From the NCBI GenBank assembly GCA_002189035.1, contig NEEC01000024.1, positions 248,001 to 312,000 on the forward strand: DNA of 64,000 nt, read 5' to 3'. Made by a program: the position numbers and the translations under genes. A model generated the notes under the pieces. That model made no database searches, had not been told where the DNA came from, and saw only the letters and a list, made by a program, of their open reading frames with translations. The stretch's first letter is position 1. The number at the start of each line of letters is the position of its first letter. This document shows positions 50,302-63,538 of the stretch, in pieces. The DNA is from Utricularia gibba. Lineage: Eukaryota; Plantae; Magnoliophyta.

Positions 50302-52308
50302 TTCCCATTTTCACGTTGATGATGGCATTTGAAGTGCTCAAGAATGGTCTCCCTAAAATAATTGCCGTGTCCTTGATCCTCCAGTGGGTATGTTCACCAC
50401 ATAAAAATCAGCTGGGAATACAAGATGCTCAATCTTCACCAAAACATCCTCTACCAAGGCTTTGGGAGAAATCACTCTCCTATCAGCCAGCTCAATTTGC
50501 ACACCCGATGCTAGCAAAGGTCCCAACCTAAGTGCCTCATAAACAGAATTTGTCATGACATTTATAGAAGCTCCCAGGTCTGCCATGGCTCTCCTGATGC
50601 ACAAATCTCCTATTTTGCATGTGATAAAAAGCGTACCCAGATCCTTGCGCTTTTCGGGTAGTTTCCAAGTGAGAAGTGCTGAGCAACTTTCACTCAATTC
50701 CACCTTCCCTTTCTCTTTCAGCTTGGGTTTAGACATGCATAGCTGCTTCAAATATTTGACACTCTTTGGCACAAGATCAATATACTCCAAGAGAGTTAAA
50801 TTCAATTGAGTATTTCCCAATGCTTTCAACATTTTCTCTTTCTCGGTTTGCTCATCTTTCAGCTTCAACCTTCCTGGAAAAGGAGGCTGGGTCACCTTCA
50901 TTGTGACAGGTTCTGGAAGTACTTCAACATCATCCTCACTTTGCACAACAACTTCGTACTCTTCTGTTTCGTTCTCCTTTGTCTCAGTCTGAACTAATTC
51001 TCGTCCAGGCTTCTCTTTTCCACTCCTAAGTGTCATGGTGCTGATGTTCGGCCCTCCACTGGAATTTGGGTTTGGCTTGGGTTGAGATGGTAAACTCCCT
51101 TTCTACTTCAGGTCTCCAAGCTCTGCTGCCAATTGACTAACTTGAACCTCCAAATTCCGGATTGCTTGTTGATTTTCAGCTTGATTCTTGATTGATTGCA
51201 CCATGAATGTCTTCAACATTTCCTCCAACGAATTTCCAGAATTCACTCCAGCATTTTCTTGATTTGAGGCTTGAAATGGCTGCAGGTTCTGTGGGTTTTG
51301 CCTTCGAAATTGAGGCGCCTGACAAGATCTTTGCTCTTGAAAATTTTGCTGCCCCATGGTTGAGATCTCCCCTTTGTAAGAATTTTCGTTGTTGCTCCAA
51401 TGAAAATTTGGATGATCCCTCCAGCCTGGGTTGTAAGTGTTTGAATATAGATCATATTTCTTCCTTTATAGGGGCTCCAAGTATCCCATAGCCTTGACAT
51501 GCTCCTCCTCAAATAAATCTAGGCACTTGTCCGCAACATGCCCTGTTCTATGACAGTTTCCGCACGGCATGTTCTTAGCTTGGAATAAGAACATCTCGTT
51601 CATCATTTCTGACATACCAGCAACATTTTTCATGAGTTCAGTCTCTGAAACCCTGGGCTTGCTCTCCACTTCATACACTCTCTTGTTTGAGGCTTGCTTC
51701 CTAATGATATGTCTCGAATGCTTAGCCAACTCCTCAAGCAAGGAAAGAGCTTCGGTTGGTTTCTTCTTCCTTAAAAATCCTCCCGCTGCCGAATCTGCCA
51801 TGGCTCGGTCAGTGCATAATAATCCATCATAGAAGTATTTGACCAAGGCATTGGTCTGAAAACCATGGTGTGGGCAGGAACCCAAAAGATGATTGAATCT
51901 CTCCCAATATTCGTGCAATGATTCTCCACTCATTTCTTCAACATTACTAATTTCTTTTCTTATCTCTTCAGCCTTGGAAGCTGGAAAATATTTGCTTAAA
52001 AACACCTTCTTCATTCCAGCCCAATCGGTTATGCTTCCAGGCCTTAGTGAGTTGAACCACATTTTGGCTCCACCTTCCAAAGTAAACAGGAAGGTTCTCA
52101 AACAAATGGAATCTTCAGTTATTACAGCTCCCTTGAATGAAGTGCATACCGCTGTTACATTGTCTAGATGCTCATGGGGGTTTTCTCCAATTTTTCCATA
52201 GAACTTGGGCAAAAAATCGATCATGGCCAGTTTCAGCTCGTTTGCTTCATCCTCTAGAAATGTGATGCATAGACACTTGTAAGTATGATCAGCAGCATGT
52301 CTTCTCAA
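50302..52308 (-). pseudogene. Athila-A gag-protease, disrupted
   Basis: ELKLAMIDFLPKFYGKIGENPHEHL, FLFTLEGGAKMWF, GSCPHHGF, C..C...GH..DKC, KGSLPSQPKPNP, TLRSGKE, RRAMADLGASINVM, FPADFYV, GRPFLSTSNAIINVK; frameshift near 51466 and TAG at 51103. Confidence 0.88.
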
Positions 52309-52487
52309 GTTCAGTCATTCTGAAATTGCTGTTGGTCTCGAGTGGGAGCTGCCTCAATCTGCTTGCTTCCCTAACTCTTACCCTGTTCTTGCTGATAGCT
52401 CTCTCAATTTCTGGGAAGAAAGTGAGATTACCTGCACTAGAAGAACGTAAATGCATCAACTAGAAACACAAAACAATTAAACATCGC

Positions 52488-52505
52488 TCCCCGGCAACGG
52501 CGCCA
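52488..52505 (-). promoter_or_regulatory. Primer binding site (tRNA-Asp) of Athila-A
   Basis: TCCCCGGCAACGGCGCCA on + = TGGCGCCGTTGCCGGGGA on -, 3 nt from the LTR. Confidence 0.92.
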
Positions 52506-54278
52506 ATTTGATAAACGGAAATCTTAGCAATGTCGTTGCAAATAAAGCAAATCTCTGTATCAAATAAATTTATAAGCCCTAATCTACACAAAATACAAAT
52601 TTAGAAAACTTGTATAGTGGATGTCGGGGTCGATCATAAGGAGCTTGTGCTTGTCATGTATTCCAGCAGATGTAGAGTTCAAAGTAATGGTAAATCTTAG
52701 TCTAAGCTCGGACCAACGATGGTAAACAAGTTCAGTAAACAATATCAAATCTTAACGCTAAGGTTACAGGTACTGGTTCTAACTCAGAATAATACTAAGG
52801 TGCCTTAAGGGTCTGCAGGTGGTATGGTGTCAAAATCCCTAATTTAATCTATCATATTCCTACACTTACAACTTCAAATAACCTAAGTCTACCCGCATGC
52901 AAAGCATATAGAACTAGCTCTACCCGGTTCTACTGGTTCTACCCCAGACTAACACCTACTGCTCACATCTTGATTTGTTGGTCTACCTCTAAATCAAGCA
53001 TTTAAGTTGTGAAGCTACTTGTTCCTCTCATTAGGTCTACCCATGGCTTGATAGAAACAAGAGCTAAGAAACAATGGTGAATTTTATTAAGACTCCTAAA
53101 CCCACACCACCATGCTTCACCTTAAGACACCCCTAGGGTTTAGCTACTCATGCTTTCAAGGTAAAATGTAATGGCATTAAAATAAAACAATGAAAATGTT
53201 GAGAACATTGTGCAAAAGTTGGGTGCAAAAGCTAAAAACATCAACAAACTAAAATAAAGCAGTAAGAGTTCTGGTTTCCGTCTGCTACTGTTCCTGGGTC
53301 GGAAAAGTAGCACTGAACTAGGTCTTGATCTTCTTCCTTCAAGCTGGAGGTTCTTCTCTAGAAAAATCGTCTTCCTTTCTCCTTCTCCTTCAGTATTCTT
53401 CGTGTTCGAGTTGGGGGAGAAACCCCTCGTGTGTGTGATGAAAAACGCGTTGTCCTCATGCGATTCTCTCTCCTTTCTCTCGCCTCTCACTGTCCAAGGC
53501 AAGTACATTCTCTAACAGTTCTGCTGCTCTAGCCCCTAAGTTGCAAACTGCTGTCGGGACAGTGTATTTATTGCTTCCTGCAGCATGGTAACTTACACGA
53601 AATCCTTGACTTTTCCATGATTTTCGGGGTAGCTGTTAGGCTCAAAATTGGGTTAGATCATGGGTGGGCTAAATCCCTTGATTTAGCCCACTAAAACACC
53701 AAAAATCACATTTTCCTAAATTATATATAAAAATACTTAAAACTATAAAATAAACAACTAAACATAATTAAAAACTCATGATTTTCATATCCTAAAAACA
53801 TGAAAATTTGTGTGCTATCAAAAACCGAGTTTCTCCTACCTCAAAGCTTGGGGATTCCCTGCTTATGTGAGAAGGTTGAAGTCAGATAAGTTGGAGAACA
53901 AATCTGACAAGTGTTTCTTTCTGGGATATCCACAAGAAACTATGAGATACTACTTCTATAATCCTCAGGAGGGAATGGTTTTCATCTCAAGGAATGCTGT
54001 ATGAGATTGATCCACAAGGGAGCGATTATCTCTACTAGCACGTGAGGAGATTGACCAGCATTCTACGGCCTTGAGAAGGTTATCGACGGAGTGTTTCACG
54101 TGTAGATACCATAGAAACCGTCTACTATTGGAAGTTCGTGAACAATGGATTGCGCTGAAAGGTATTTTCATCATCCCTTTATCTGATGTATCGTATTCCA
54201 AGATCTGCGTTGGGGATTTCTCAAAAAATTTTAAATTCCACTGCTTTTCTGGCATGCGATGTCTACGAGATTCCAATA

Positions 54279-54317
54279 GAAAGAACATGTTTTGGAACGA
54301 CACAAAATCACTTATCA
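54279..54317 (-). mobile_element. 39-bp terminal tip of an LTR family B copy
   Basis: AAGAACATGTTTTGGAACGACACAAAATCACTTATCA matches 39662-39698 except at the terminal base. Confidence 0.8.
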
Positions 54318-55699
54318 CTTCTTTGATCATCAGTGCTTATCTAATGCACTATTCAAAAATGAACTATTTTTCATCTAGTGCATTGCAGTTAAGGAATTCA
54401 GTTTTGGGTATCTCTTGAACACCCTCAGCCATGTCAATTTTTGCACCCAAGGAGCCTCAATTTGATTATCCTTCATCAATTCCTTTCTATTTAAACCCCC
54501 CCCCTCTTAATTACTCTTTTAGTAGGCTTCTATTGACATTATTTCACAAACACTAGATTTTTGTTGTCAGTGATCTTTCTATAGTGTGTAATATTCTCAT
54601 TATGGACTAAGCGGGGCTAGTGTTTTTAACAAAAGATCTCTAGCCAACCTTCCTGCAAGAGATCTTGTCTGCACACTTGCCCCGTCCTTGGCCTCAAGGA
54701 GTGGTGAGCTGCGTAGAACTTCTTTCAAGCGCATAGGTCCCACTTTCAATAACCTTGATTTGCATATATGATTTTTCGTGCACTTCCTATATCAATGTCA
54801 TTTGACTAAAAAGATGCCTAATCGACACTTCAAAATGAATATGAGATCTCTACATATTCTTCTAATTTCGATTTGGTGTAGTTTGATTCCCATCCTTCCA
54901 CATTTACTTGATGAGACCAACAATCTAGTTGTGTTCTCTTTTGGATACCCTACATATGGGTTGATACCATATAGATTTGGGAGTTAGCTAGATGCTACGC
55001 TTGTGTAGCCTATGTTATCTCCATAACAACAATTTCATTGCTTGGTGAAGCCTAATAGGCCTTTATCTAGACTTTGCAGTGATTTCATGAATCGAGTGAG
55101 ATTCAAGGGACATTACCTTGACCTCACAATCAACTCATTTTCAAGATGTTGTGGGATTACTCCTGTTGCCCATGTCAAGTTAGAATAGATGGCTATTATC
55201 AATCATTGTTTAGCTCCTCTTACCATAATACAAGTATAATATGTCACCACCCATTGTTTCATTGATTCTTGGTTTGACCTCTCATGCTTGATTGCACCAA
55301 TGTTCATCATCAGTAGAATTGCTATTTTGAGCTCTAATTTTGGTGGAAAACCATTCAGGTGAAATCCTTAGGATCTATGACATGTGTCAATATCCTCACT
55401 CGGGTTATCCATGGAATCATGAATCCCAATGAAAGGATGCAATTCTCTCACTGTCACCTTCTCAAACTTCATTGCATGAACAATCGTTGTTGGGTCTTTG
55501 CATTTGACATTATCAATTTGCATTTGGAAACAAAGATTATTTAGCAAAAACTTAAGGTTATGAGGTTAGAACCCACTCATTTGCATCTTCTATAGATGTG
55601 TGTGGGTCATTAACTTTGCACTATTTATTTTATTGAAGGGACTCATATGTTATCCATACCTTCATTACACGCAAGAGGTTATTGCACCACTACCCTCAC

Positions 55700-57560
55700 C
55701 TCTTTATTTCCACAAGTTAATGGGTTACTACCCACACTTGTGATAATTTGAAAGGTCATCTAGTTATTATCCATGACTTACTTAGTTGGAGTATGTCATA
55801 CTACTATCGTCATCTTAATGACACTATGAGAGGTAGTTAGAGTTACGACCCCTGTCTTCATTGAACTAGGGGCTACTGGGTTGTTACCCTTATCTCATTT
55901 CATTGAACTATGAGTTCTAATGCATGGTCATCAATTCCTTATCCTACAATTATTCTTGAGGGGGTTCTAGTGGGTCACAACCTTGACATTCGAGTTGATA
56001 CTATGGCACTTGTGCTCACTAGTTAGGGTTATAGTTCTCGTCTTAGGAATTGACTCTTTGGTCTCATAGTGGATTGATGAGGGGAGGCACAACGCATGAT
56101 GTCCAAGTTATAGTCTAGTAACTAGCATTTGTAGTAAAATTCATTAGATCACTACCTCGAACATCCCTAGAACGTACCCTTGACTTACGATTAGTGAATT
56201 CAAGTTTTTTCCCAGCACTAGTTGGTATTAATAAATGTTGGATAATGGTGTTGGACCCTCATGTAGTTTTAATGTCCTATTCTTACCTCTATTTTTTGAG
56301 ACATAGGACATTCCTCCATTTTTTGAGTGCATAAGTATGACATTGTTATCCCATGATATTTTCATGTATTTTTGTGTTGAAGGTTTTTGGGTTACTACCC
56401 CTAGAATCCCATTTAAAACTTTTTCTCAAACTAAGTAGCACAAGGGTTAATGAGCACAAGGTCATTGAGTCATTGCCCTTACCTCTATCATTTTTTATTT
56501 TAATGGTGGTGTTACATCACCACATGATGGATGAGGATTGTAGAATGAAGCCCATAAAGGTAAGGTTACTATGTAAAGTCCCATTGGAAATGAATGTGAT
56601 GAGTGAAAATCTACAAAGGAGAGGTTCTTATGCACAGCCTACTTGCCCAATGAAGGTTTTCTTTGTGCCCTTTGTAAATGATGGTTACAGTATACAAATA
56701 ATATCATGCATATATAATGTACCAATAAGGTAGGTGCCATAGCACCAATTAGAGGCATGCCTATATGAAACTATCATTACATCATGTACAACCAAAATGA
56801 CATCAGTAGGAGGGAGCTTATAATCAAAGACATCACACCAGTTAATTGCATACATCACTAAGGTAAAAAGTCAAACTCCTTGGGAGTCCTCAATGAGGGG
56901 CTTCTATGCAGAGCTTCTTTGACTGATTAGGAGTTTCTATGTAGAATCTCTTGCTTAATGGATGGTTGATATGCATAACCCCAATAGAAATGAATGTGAC
57001 AAGTGAAAACCAACAAGCACAAGGTTATTATGTAAAAATCCATTACCCCAATGAGGGATTACTATGTAGAACCCTATGGAAAATAAAGATTGCATCTAAA
57101 AACCTATAAAGTCATCGTATAAATCCTTGTTTTCTAATGAGGGATTACTCTGGAGAGCCCCTTACTCATTAGAGGGCTACTATGAATAGCCTCATTGGAA
57201 ATGAATTTGCAGCTAAAAGCCCACAAGAGTGAGGTTGCTATGTAAAGCCCAATTTCTTGATGGAGGTTTGCTACACATTCTATGGATGGTGGATTGTATA
57301 TCCCTTTTAAGGTGGAGTTTGCCTAGTAGAGGGTTATTATAGAAGGCCTCATTACCCAAGAGGGTTTCTATGTAGAGCCCCATGATTGAGTGGAAATGGT
57401 GAATGATGTATGTTGCTTTGCATAGCCTTGTTCCCTAGAAGGCATTGCTATGTAGAACCCCCATTGGAATATAAGTTGTGAGGGGTAAGGTTCGCAGTGC
57501 AAAGCCTCTACACCTAATGGGTGGTTACTATGCAAAGTCCTAACGATAATAAAGGCTGAT
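55700..57560 (+). repeat. Degenerate minisatellite-like array (core GAGGGTTACTATGTAGAGCCC, about 30-35-bp spacing, with a recurring ATTGGAAATGAATGTG sub-unit)
   Basis: More than 10 imperfect core copies between 56560 and 57540; related GGGTTACTACCC motifs at 55722 and 56389. Confidence 0.6.
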
Positions 57561-57599
57561 GACTTATATTTGAAGTGTTATCTCAAGGAGATAGCTTAT

Positions 57600-59039
57600 G
57601 AAAAATGTTATAGACATTCATTAAATATGGAACCAAGAAGACGATGCCAAAGTGTGAGGATTCACGCTTTAAGAACTTTGCTCTTTAGTTTTAACTTCTT
57701 CTACTTCATACTAGTCTAGCCAATCAAATGTATCTAAGTGACCATCATTATGTGTGCCACATGTCCTGTTACATGTGCACCATGTGTCCTCTCGCATGTG
57801 TGCCACTTGTATGTCATGCATGTGTGCCACATGTCGCATGCAAAATGAGGATGAGATGTAGACGGGAATATATATATATGATGGAATGTAAGGTTTTTTC
57901 ATTTATTTTTTAAGTTTTATAAAGGCGACAAGAAGAGGTTGGAAGGAAAAGTTATAGTACCTTGAGTGAACTAAGCTTTAGAGTTGGTTTGAGGTCTAAG
58001 GTGTTATGGTAAGTGACATGATTGCTTTTGAAGCTTCACTTATCTTTGAAATTGATTTATAAAAAGTTATATAACTATGTGATGTTGGTGTTTAATTTCT
58101 ATTACTTTGGATGTGACTGTGTCTATGCTCATAACCCTTTTATGTTGCTTGAAAATTCTAACAAGGGAGTAGGTTTTTTCATATTATTTTAGAAAAAGCT
58201 ATTTTTGAGTTCCAAAAGTATGATTCTTTTCATTAATAACCACCCCGTTATCTTTAAGATGATATTGCAATATGTATCTCTATGTTACTATATGATAAAC
58301 ATGCTAGGAAAGAATGGAGGAGATATGGATGCAAATCTTCAGCAACGTGGTTATACCACGGGCATTATGGCTAATATGTCAGGCATGTCTGAGGCACCAT
58401 GTATAAGTGAAAGGCCAAAAAGCATGAAAGCTATGCAAGATATGATATGTTATGTATGTCTTGAGTTTGTGATTCTGTGGTTAGAGATGGCTCTCCTGAG
58501 CGTGGAACCATCAACAAGGGCACTTTATGTCTCACCTATTATGGTCTGATAGCAATGCCAAGGTTGGATGGTCATGAGAAGTGAGAAAAGAGAGTTATGA
58601 CAACTCGCAATGTGCTTCAAGTTTCTTTTATAAACTCTTTATGCTCTTTGTTGATTTTTACTTGTTTTAAAACTCAAAAGCATGACCACTCTTTTATTTA
58701 TTTTAGGGGATGAAGAGAGCTAGTAGAGTCTAGTGATCAACCATGCTTTCTAGAGTCCTATGGATATGTGTATATAGTAGCATAGCTTGTTTGCTAGGTT
58801 TGTATGAGTATGATATATGTATGTATAATATATTTTTCATTTTGAATCTAATTCTATGAACTTATGAACTATGTTATATAAAAGTACTTGGACAAAGTCT
58901 TATATCTAGTTTACGTATGTAATTACCTATTTTAATGTTATTAGATCGTGTAATGAAAGACACCCTGAGTTCTAGTGTTTTAGCTAGGACTGGGTGGGTA
59001 CGACTCATCTTTCCCGAGCCCTAAAAGTGGGTTGTGACA
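57600..59039 (+). mobile_element. Probable 3' part of a Tekay/Del-like long LTR
   Basis: Ends GTGGGTTGTGACA, typical of Tekay LTR ends, with no PBS following; TGTGCCACATGT micro-repeats at 57750-57840. The left end is unknown. Confidence 0.35.
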
Positions 59040-60339
59040 CAAAGCCATACCTCTTTAGTCGCAACATTATTAGTTTCCTTTAAACTAAACCTTTCCCTTA
59101 TTTGTTGGACACATTGCTCGACAAAGCCCCTATCCCTTTAACCTATATCACACTTATCTTAGGAGAAGGGAAGAAGGAAAAACATCAAAAAATTTCCTTT
59201 CTACTAAAAAACTCTACCTTGTTTCCAATTGTTACTACTATAAGCTAAATGTGAGACAGTTCGAGTCTCATAGAAAGCACCAAATGTTATGAGGTTTATG
59301 TATTTTTCCATATCTTTCACATGATTTTCTATAACGTTGATCACTTGATGGTGGATTTATAAGAAGTAGCAACATGACAAGAAAATTGTAACTGGAATTG
59401 AGATGTTCTACATATCAAGAAAGATTTCACTAAAGTTTCCCCAAAAAATGAATGGTTATAGGAAATTCACTAAAGGATTCCAAGAATCCAATAGAGTGAA
59501 TCCTACCTCCTCTATATAATGGTTTCACATTAGCTAACTTCAACTTTTGACATCCATCGGGGGATCCAACAGAAAATTTCACTAAAACCAATAAAAGAGC
59601 TCACCTCCAAATCCACCCAAAAAATTCCTCCTTTGTCGATGTCTCATGTGGTATATATACCCATATAAAGTCACATGACGAGACAAGTTACCTTTAGTTG
59701 CATTTTTTATGACATCAGTATTGAGGGTGACCAAATTTCTCATTTTCTTAAGAAAAAATCTTGCCCACTAATCAAATAGACTTGAACAAGGTTGTAGGTG
59801 ACACACACTCCCTTGGATTTCCACAATTAGTTTATTACATGATATCAAGTAAGAGAATGAGCATCTCCCATCAGCCAAGATGGAGATATCTTGCAGATCC
59901 CTATCAGGCAAATTTTCACATTTTTGGCTATTGTCAGGCAAATCCTTCATTCTTTGGGATTTCCATGGCAAGATGGTTCTTATTTTGGGACCATCTCAAA
60001 TTTTTATTTTAGATGAGGATAAGTGTGACAAAGAGGTGTGTAGTAGACATTGGAGAAGTGGAGAAACTAGGATAGTGGAATTCAAGGGATGCAATATTAA
60101 TGAAGGGAAATGAATTGTCCTTAGTAATCATGAACATGGCACTAGGGTAACATGTGCTCCATAAAAGAAACTACCTAGGAACCTATAGTGGTCATTGAAA
60201 ATCAAAAGAAGAGAGAGAAAATTAAATTGTAGGTTAATTCCCATGTATTGTCATTGGTCAATGTACACTATGTTGATGGTCCTTGATTAGTTGCAAACAG
60301 AAAACTATTTGAGGCTCTAAATTGTCATAAATGGGCTTC

Positions 60340-60949
60340 TGATGGAGCTTGAAATCAGAGCGTGCTACGTGGATATGATTACATGAGACTCATATACATT
60401 CTAGATGAGAAGTAGAGTACCAAATCAGTTTTTGCTATACAAAATTGGTTAGGAAGAGGAAAGCGTCTCCTACCAATCTGCAACAAATGGAAAGTCTGAT
60501 AGAGAGCAGAGCATGATAACGATGATCGTTCCAACAGAACCTGAAAAGTAGTCAAATTGTAGGAGCCTAAGAGTAGCCAGCAGTTATGTGTCAGCAGTAC
60601 CATATGCGTAGTCGCTAGGTGTAGAAAGTAGCTGATATCTGTAGTATTTAGTCGAGATGACATCCCCTATAAATAAGGGAATGTTTGAAGGAAAAAGGAT
60701 TGGACTCTTTACATACCTCTTGTGATCCTTCTCTTTTTCTCTCTTAGTGAGACCATCTCACCGATGAACTCCTCTAACTCCATGGTTTTTCCGGTCCGAC
60801 GGTTTTTACGTAAAAAATCATTGTTTTCTTTTATTTCTTTTATGCATACCATGATCCTCAAACCCAAAAATCACAAATCAGATAGGAACAAATCGGCCCA
60901 ATCTCCCAAAAATCAGCCACCTTTAATAAACTGATTTTCAACCACAACA
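60340..60949 (+). mobile_element. Tat-family solo LTR
   Basis: TGATGG...ACAACA; TSD GCTTC/GCTTT; shares TATAAATA and TTT.ACGTAAAAAATC landmarks with the LTRs at 21110 and 42779. Confidence 0.8.
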
Positions 60950-62504
60950 GCTTTGGTTTGTGATCATTAACCTTTATATATTTATATGTCCTAAAAGAAC
61001 TAATAACAACATCATCGTGCGGCAAAACATGTACAGCTTCATCAGGTCCATGAAAAATTAAGTGTGGTCTTCGACATTGCATTGCACTCAGCACATGGAA
61101 ATCACTAAGAAAATGCTAGGAGTTTCTTGTTTTTTCTCAGAATAATGTTTTTGTAAGAGGATGATAAATATGCATGAGAATGAAAATTTTCAAGAAAGAG
61201 AATAATCTCTCTATAGGTTTAGAATTCTTGGAGATTGGAGAGTGAAGATTTCTAGTGTCTTCTAGAGTCTTCTTTCCCTTTACATTTTTTTCTCGATAAG
61301 GGTGTGCGTTTTTTGTTCTATGCCTTGCTGTTGTGCATATACTGATGTCTAATTATTGTTTGGTGCTATCTAATATTTCCACAAGTCACAAAAAGGCCAC
61401 TATTCCACCAGTTGTTGGGAGTTAATGCTTGCTATGCCACAACCTCTATCATAATTTCAAGGACAAAGGATCATATTAGATGGAAAAGTAGAGAATATTA
61501 AGGAGAAATTCTCCCTTCATGATTGCAACATCTAACAACCTTGCTAGCAATCGCTAATGAAGTGTGAATGAGCACCAGGCACATGGGCATTGCTCAGCTT
61601 GCAAAGATCTGTTGGTGGAATGCCCACCAACTCCTTGGATGTTGGGTTACTACTACTTAGGATTTCTTGAGCACTCATCCATGCATGACTCCTCTAACCA
61701 TCATACCGGGCTCTATAGTGATGCACCTACTCAAGAACCCACCCTTGTTTACTACTCAAACAGTCCTTGGCCACCATACAAGCATTCAAATGTGTTTCCC
61801 AAGTGCTCATGTTCTATTGCATCTCATCCAAGCCCTTGCCTTGGGAGACACTCTAACAATTAGCCTACTGCTTCTTAATTGCCTCCACCTTGCATCAATT
61901 AGAAGGTTACTATGGAGGCCTTTTGATCACTACATGAATACATGCCAAGTGAGAATATTCCAACACTTTCTAGGTGTGAGGCTCATAGACCTTTTCCCTC
62001 TTCTTGATGGTTTCTCTATGCCCAAGTATTAAATTGGAGGGTGTCATCTACACAAACACTTTGGAACCTTTTTTATAAGAGCATTTCTTTTTGGATACTT
62101 TCTTCTTGGCTCTTCCTTTGGGGAACTTTTTTTTCAAGCACTTCCTATCTTGGTCTTCGTCTATGCAGGTGGTCTTCCTTGGGTGCTTCCTACTTAGGAT
62201 TTTTGTGTACTTTTTACCTAATTTTTGCTATGCTTATCCTTGTTCCAAGAATTGTTTCTCCGAGTCTCTGCATCTTCAAGCTTACTATGATGCTATTCTG
62301 CTTGGGCAATTTCCTATTATGACTTTTCTTTCTAGACACTTTGTCCAAACATATTTCTCTCAAGGGTATTTTTCTGAATTGGAGCTTTCTAGCATCGCTC
62401 ATAAACTATTTTCCCAGAATTTTTGTTTGTGTTGCAACATCCAGTATATCAATAATGGTGAAGGTGCCCCAAATAATAGAGACATGCATAATATAGTCAA
62501 TAAT

Positions 62505-63073
62505 GGGTCTGTTTGGAATTGATTCTATTTTTAAAAAGTAATTTAAAAAAAGTAAATTGCTATCAAACAGTATAAGCTTTTGCTTCAAATGAAGGAAAAA
62601 TCTGGAAGAGTTTCAAAAAAAATTGAACCTTCCATAACCCAGCTTTTTTTATATTTGGAGAGCTTCTTTTTATAAAATTACCATATCATTCTTTTTATTA
62701 TATTTTATTTTCCAGTATATTCTTTTTTTATTCTTTTTTATATTGAGATTTTTCCTAATATCCTCCGATCATATTAGGATTAGGGTTCTTAATAATTCTT
62801 CAACATAACTCTCGTTTTCCCTCATTCTCACCTCTTTCTAATTCCAACATTTTTGTCTAAATTTCCTGATTTTGTGGAAATGATAAACTTATAAGAAGGG
62901 TAAAATCATAATTAAAATAAAAAAGTTAATTTTATGGAGTTAATTTTATCAAACAGGTTTTAACTTCTTTAGAATTGAAGTATATTTTGAAAACACTATT
63001 TGCTCCCAAAAAAAATACTTCTTAAAAAGTACTTTTTGAAATTAATTAAAATGAATCACTTCCAAACAGACCT
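62505..63073. mobile_element. Tourist/PIF-Harbinger-like MITE
   Basis: TIRs GGGTCTGTTTGGAA / TTCCAAACAGACCT; AT-rich non-coding interior; flanked by AAT/AAT (not the canonical TWA). Confidence 0.72.
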
Positions 63074-63538
63074 AATATAAGCTTTTGATGTTGATAATTT
63101 ATCAAAAGGTATCGAGACTTTCATAGGGTTTTAGGATTTGTGATTGTTTTCATTGTGATTTATATGACATCAAGTGACTTTGAGGAATTTTGGAAAAGCG
63201 AAAAAGAAGACAAAGATTGATGATCCAAAAAAAAAGAAAAAATTGGGGTCTGGGGATGTTCTCACACCAAAATAAAAATCTTAATCCTTCTCCATTAAGT
63301 GATACCATGCAACGCACATAGAAGATGAATTTAGAAAATCATATATGCTTATTTTATTCTTCAAATGAAACACATTTTTTGTTAAATCCAAGATAATTAA
63401 GCCTTTTATATGGATATCATACAAGTTTTCTGCTATGTAACTTGTAAAAGCCAGTTGCTACTCGCAATTTTACAAGAGTGTGGGGAGGAGGGCAGATTAA
63501 CGACAACCTCTCTTCTAAACCACACCCACCTCAATCAA

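Larger units (their letters stand above)
37192..53820 (-). mobile_element. Athila 'LTR-A'-bounded unit (LTRs 37192-38598 and 52509-53820) inserted in the Angela integrase
   Basis: Both LTRs run TGATAAACG...GTGCTATCA; perfect TSD AAAAC (37187-37191 / 53821-53825); PBS next to the right LTR. Confidence 0.9.
34345..54278 (+). mobile_element. Angela-type Ty1/copia element: partial 5' LTR 34345-34967, PBS, gag-PR-INT, split at 37191/53826 by an Athila-bounded insertion; RT/RH deleted; 3' LTR remnant 54002-54278
   Basis: PBS TGGTATCAGAGC at 34969; gag NFTDWHRNLRI, zinc knuckle CFHYGKSGHWNRNC; GCGTHIC; HCRLGHIN; ARGGFSYFITFTDDYSRYG. The integrase frame rejoins as GRK|PSFSYLKAWG. Confidence 0.88.

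Noticed and set aside
20421-54317. Idea that LTR-B at 20421 and its tip at 54279-54317 are one split solo LTR enclosing the whole nest
   Set aside because: The flanks ATAAT and CTTCT do not form a TSD and about 190 bp of LTR are missing, so it is unsupported.
59640-62500. Degenerate gypsy-like gag/protease remnant on the minus strand (PHDDVVIS near 61000)
   Set aside because: It is too decayed to classify or bound by eye, so it is not listed as a feature.
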